In this document: positions 61,757-64,000 of the stretch, one piece after another
Layout: each line of letters opens with the position of its first letter
Numbering within the stretch: the stretch's first letter is position 1
Source: Penicillus capitatus
Taxonomy: Eukaryota; Plantae; Chlorophyta
Direction: 5' to 3'
Length of the DNA stretch: 64,000 nucleotides
NCBI GenBank assembly: GCA_965649825.1
Contig: OZ287711.1
Location: 45,201 to 109,200, forward strand
Program-made: the position numbers and the translations under genes
Notes under the pieces: generated by a model
The model's input: the letters and a program-made list of their open reading frames with translations, nothing else
Databases searched by the model: none
What the model was told of the DNA's origin: nothing

Positions 61757-63603
61757 ATGGCGTTCATGACGGTCTACTCCTGCTGCACCCAGCGTCGAGC
61801 TTTCGTTTCTGTTCGGCGGCCGCGTCGGCCGGCAGCGCTACGTTGCCGCAGCCGTCGCTTTAGCAGACGCAGTGTCGGCGCTGTTGTTCGAATGCAGTTC
61901 GACAAGAAGAAGAACCGCATTGCAAAGACGCCATCGAGTGATGCCCCACGAAGGGAGGCACTCTTTGAGGAAGGGTTTGACCAGACGATGTATGTGGAAA
62001 AGGACACGGAGGCGCCGGTACCAACCCCAAAAATTCTTCAAGCCGAAGTCGTAACCGACTCGCCGAGTCTGAGCCTCGTCCGAACAACCCCTCCTCCGCT
62101 CGATAAGCGACAGCACAATCTTCGTACCCTTGCTGAGGTCGGCGACGAGAGTTTGAGAGTGTGGATGAGATGCGTGCATTGTGGTGCAGATTATGGCGAT
62201 TGCGCTGCCCGCTTTGGGGACCGTCTTAGCAGATCCGCTCATGTCGCTGGTCGATACGGCATGCGTCGGGCAAATCTCCGCTATCCAGTTGGCGGCACTC
62301 GGACCGAACACCGCCATCTTCAACATGGTTTTCGCCATTTTCGGCGTAATGGGTGCAGCACTGGCCAATTCCATGGCACGCCAGTCGCTAAAAGCGTTCG
62401 GCCTGACGAAGGACGAAAAACAGAGACGCAGAGAAGCAAACGAGACTATACTCAGCCACACCCTTGTGTCGGCTGTTCTACTAGGAGTTGCCGTGACCGC
62501 CATGCTCTTGTCCTGTGGACCAACGCTGCTGCGCTGGATGGGCACGTCGTCTCATGTGATGACAGCCGCTTTGCAGTATCTCTATGTTCGAGCACTCGCA
62601 ACGCCTGCTGTCCTCTTCATCGCTGTATCGCAAGGTCTGGAGTCTCTGTAGCTTCGGGGCAGCTTCACAACTCAATGTCCATCCAGGTGCCTGTCTTGGG
62701 CAACAGGATATGTGGACTCCGATGAAAGTGGTGTTAACGGCCGGAATGGTGAATTTGATTGGAGACATTGGTTTTATTATGTGGGCAGGCCTCGGGACGT
62801 TCGGAGCTGCTGCAGCAACGGCAGCTTCTCAAATCGCAGGGGCCATTTTCTTTTTCTACTACCTTCGCAGAGGTGGATTAGACGGCCAAGCCGTACGGCT
62901 CAAGTGGAAAGGACTGCCGAACCGCACGACTCTGAAGCCCATTCTCGACATGGGACGCGTCCTGGCTTCAAGGAACTGTCTGTTAATGCTGGCGTACACA
63001 GGAATGACAGCTGTCGCCACAGCGATGGGCACACGTACATTGGCGGCTCACCAAGTGGCTCTTCAGCTGTTTTGGTTTCTGGGATTCGTCCCCGAGCCGC
63101 TCTCGCTCACAGCACAATCTCTTCTGGCAAGGGATCGCGATAACAGGGCCAAAGTGCGCAGCATCTCAAAAGCTCTTCTCAGATTCGGCGCTATGGCTGG
63201 TATCGTTCTGGCCGCCATTCATGGCATTCTACTTACTCTGCTGCCGCGTTGCTTCACTTCAGATCTTTCTGTTATCGCTGCCTTTCAGGAAGTGATTCCT
63301 CACGGAATGGCGGCTCTATTTCTCTGTTCTGTTGCCATGATGTTTGACGGTATCTGTATTGGCATGAATCAATTCAAGCATCTCACCAGTATTGTCTATA
63401 CGTCCACTCTTGCAACGCTGGGCTATCTCTGGGTTGCTCAGAGACTGCATCTTGGACTCAATGGCATCTGGATGTCACTGGGGATCTTCTTTGCCCTAAG
63501 GACCCTTCTTCATATCACACACTTGACCAGAAACTGGAATCTGTCTCCGTTCAGTATGCCGGAATCGGCGCCGTCACTTGAGCCACAGTTTGCGACGAAC
63601 TAG
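61757..63603 (+). CDS. MATE (DinF-like) transporter, probably plastid-targeted, copy 2
   Basis: ALPALGTVLADPLMSLVDTACVGQ, LAALGPNTAIFN, GACLGQQDMWTP, LAAHQVALQLFW; same two intron positions as copy 1. Confidence 0.93.
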
Positions 63604-64000
63604 AAAGATATCCTGGAGAGATTACTGTCGACGGTGTCAAAGAAACTTTCCACGATGCTGAACGGATCTAGATATGTGTTTCTGTCTGTCTGGATTCGCA
63701 TGTTCCTTGCCTCTTTTAGTTATTTGCAAAAGCTGGCAATATGCGAAAGCTCTCAACAGTTTTTTTGTTGTCTGAGCTCTTCTAAACAAATGTTTACCTA
63801 AATCAAGGTTAAGCCTGTTCATCCCATTGCCTCGTTCCGAAGGTTGGGGCCGACTCTGAGTGTGTAGCTGTGGAGAAGACACAACGGTTTGGATAGTGAC
63901 AGTGAATTTTGAGGCGGCGCAAGACTGCGTCTCCTGTTTCATTAGTTGCGCGGAACATTGTCCATCTGTTATAAGGTCTTTGACCCCGTTCATATCCAAT

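Overview
Compact, intron-rich eukaryotic nuclear DNA, about 50% GC with AT-richer islands, using the standard genetic code. It is most likely a green alga: THI4 with a TPP riboswitch, EXECUTER-like, plastid-type MATEs and helical-repeat proteins point that way. A siphonous Bryopsidales (Caulerpa/Bryopsis-like) origin is my inference only. About 27 genes are present, split by roughly 45-60 nt GT-AG introns with very loose donor consensus. Housekeeping genes: RNF10 (3' end), SPT2, PTP1, SART1, VPS3/TGFBRAP1, THI4, TBC1D31, PWP1, an MDR-type NADP oxidoreductase, AUH-like hydratase, PPAN, EX1-like and two MATEs. Most interesting: (1) an unrecognised family of small secreted beta-rich proteins, four intact-looking copies sharing two phase-1 introns and two cysteines plus one frameshifted copy; (2) a TPP riboswitch in a predicted THI4 5'-UTR intron, with an acceptor-sequestering hairpin and a uORF; (3) two paralogous beta-barrel-like orphan genes with five identical intron positions; (4) a secreted pepsin-fold protein lacking both catalytic aspartates; (5) an Ala-rich silk-like secreted protein; (6) an accessory island with a ubiquitin-like/Cys-rich fusion gene and a lone PSD-family C-terminal fragment; (7) extreme gene packing, including an antisense CDS overlap. 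Exon boundaries were spliced by eye and all family calls come from recalled motifs, not database searches. Several 5' ends are approximate.
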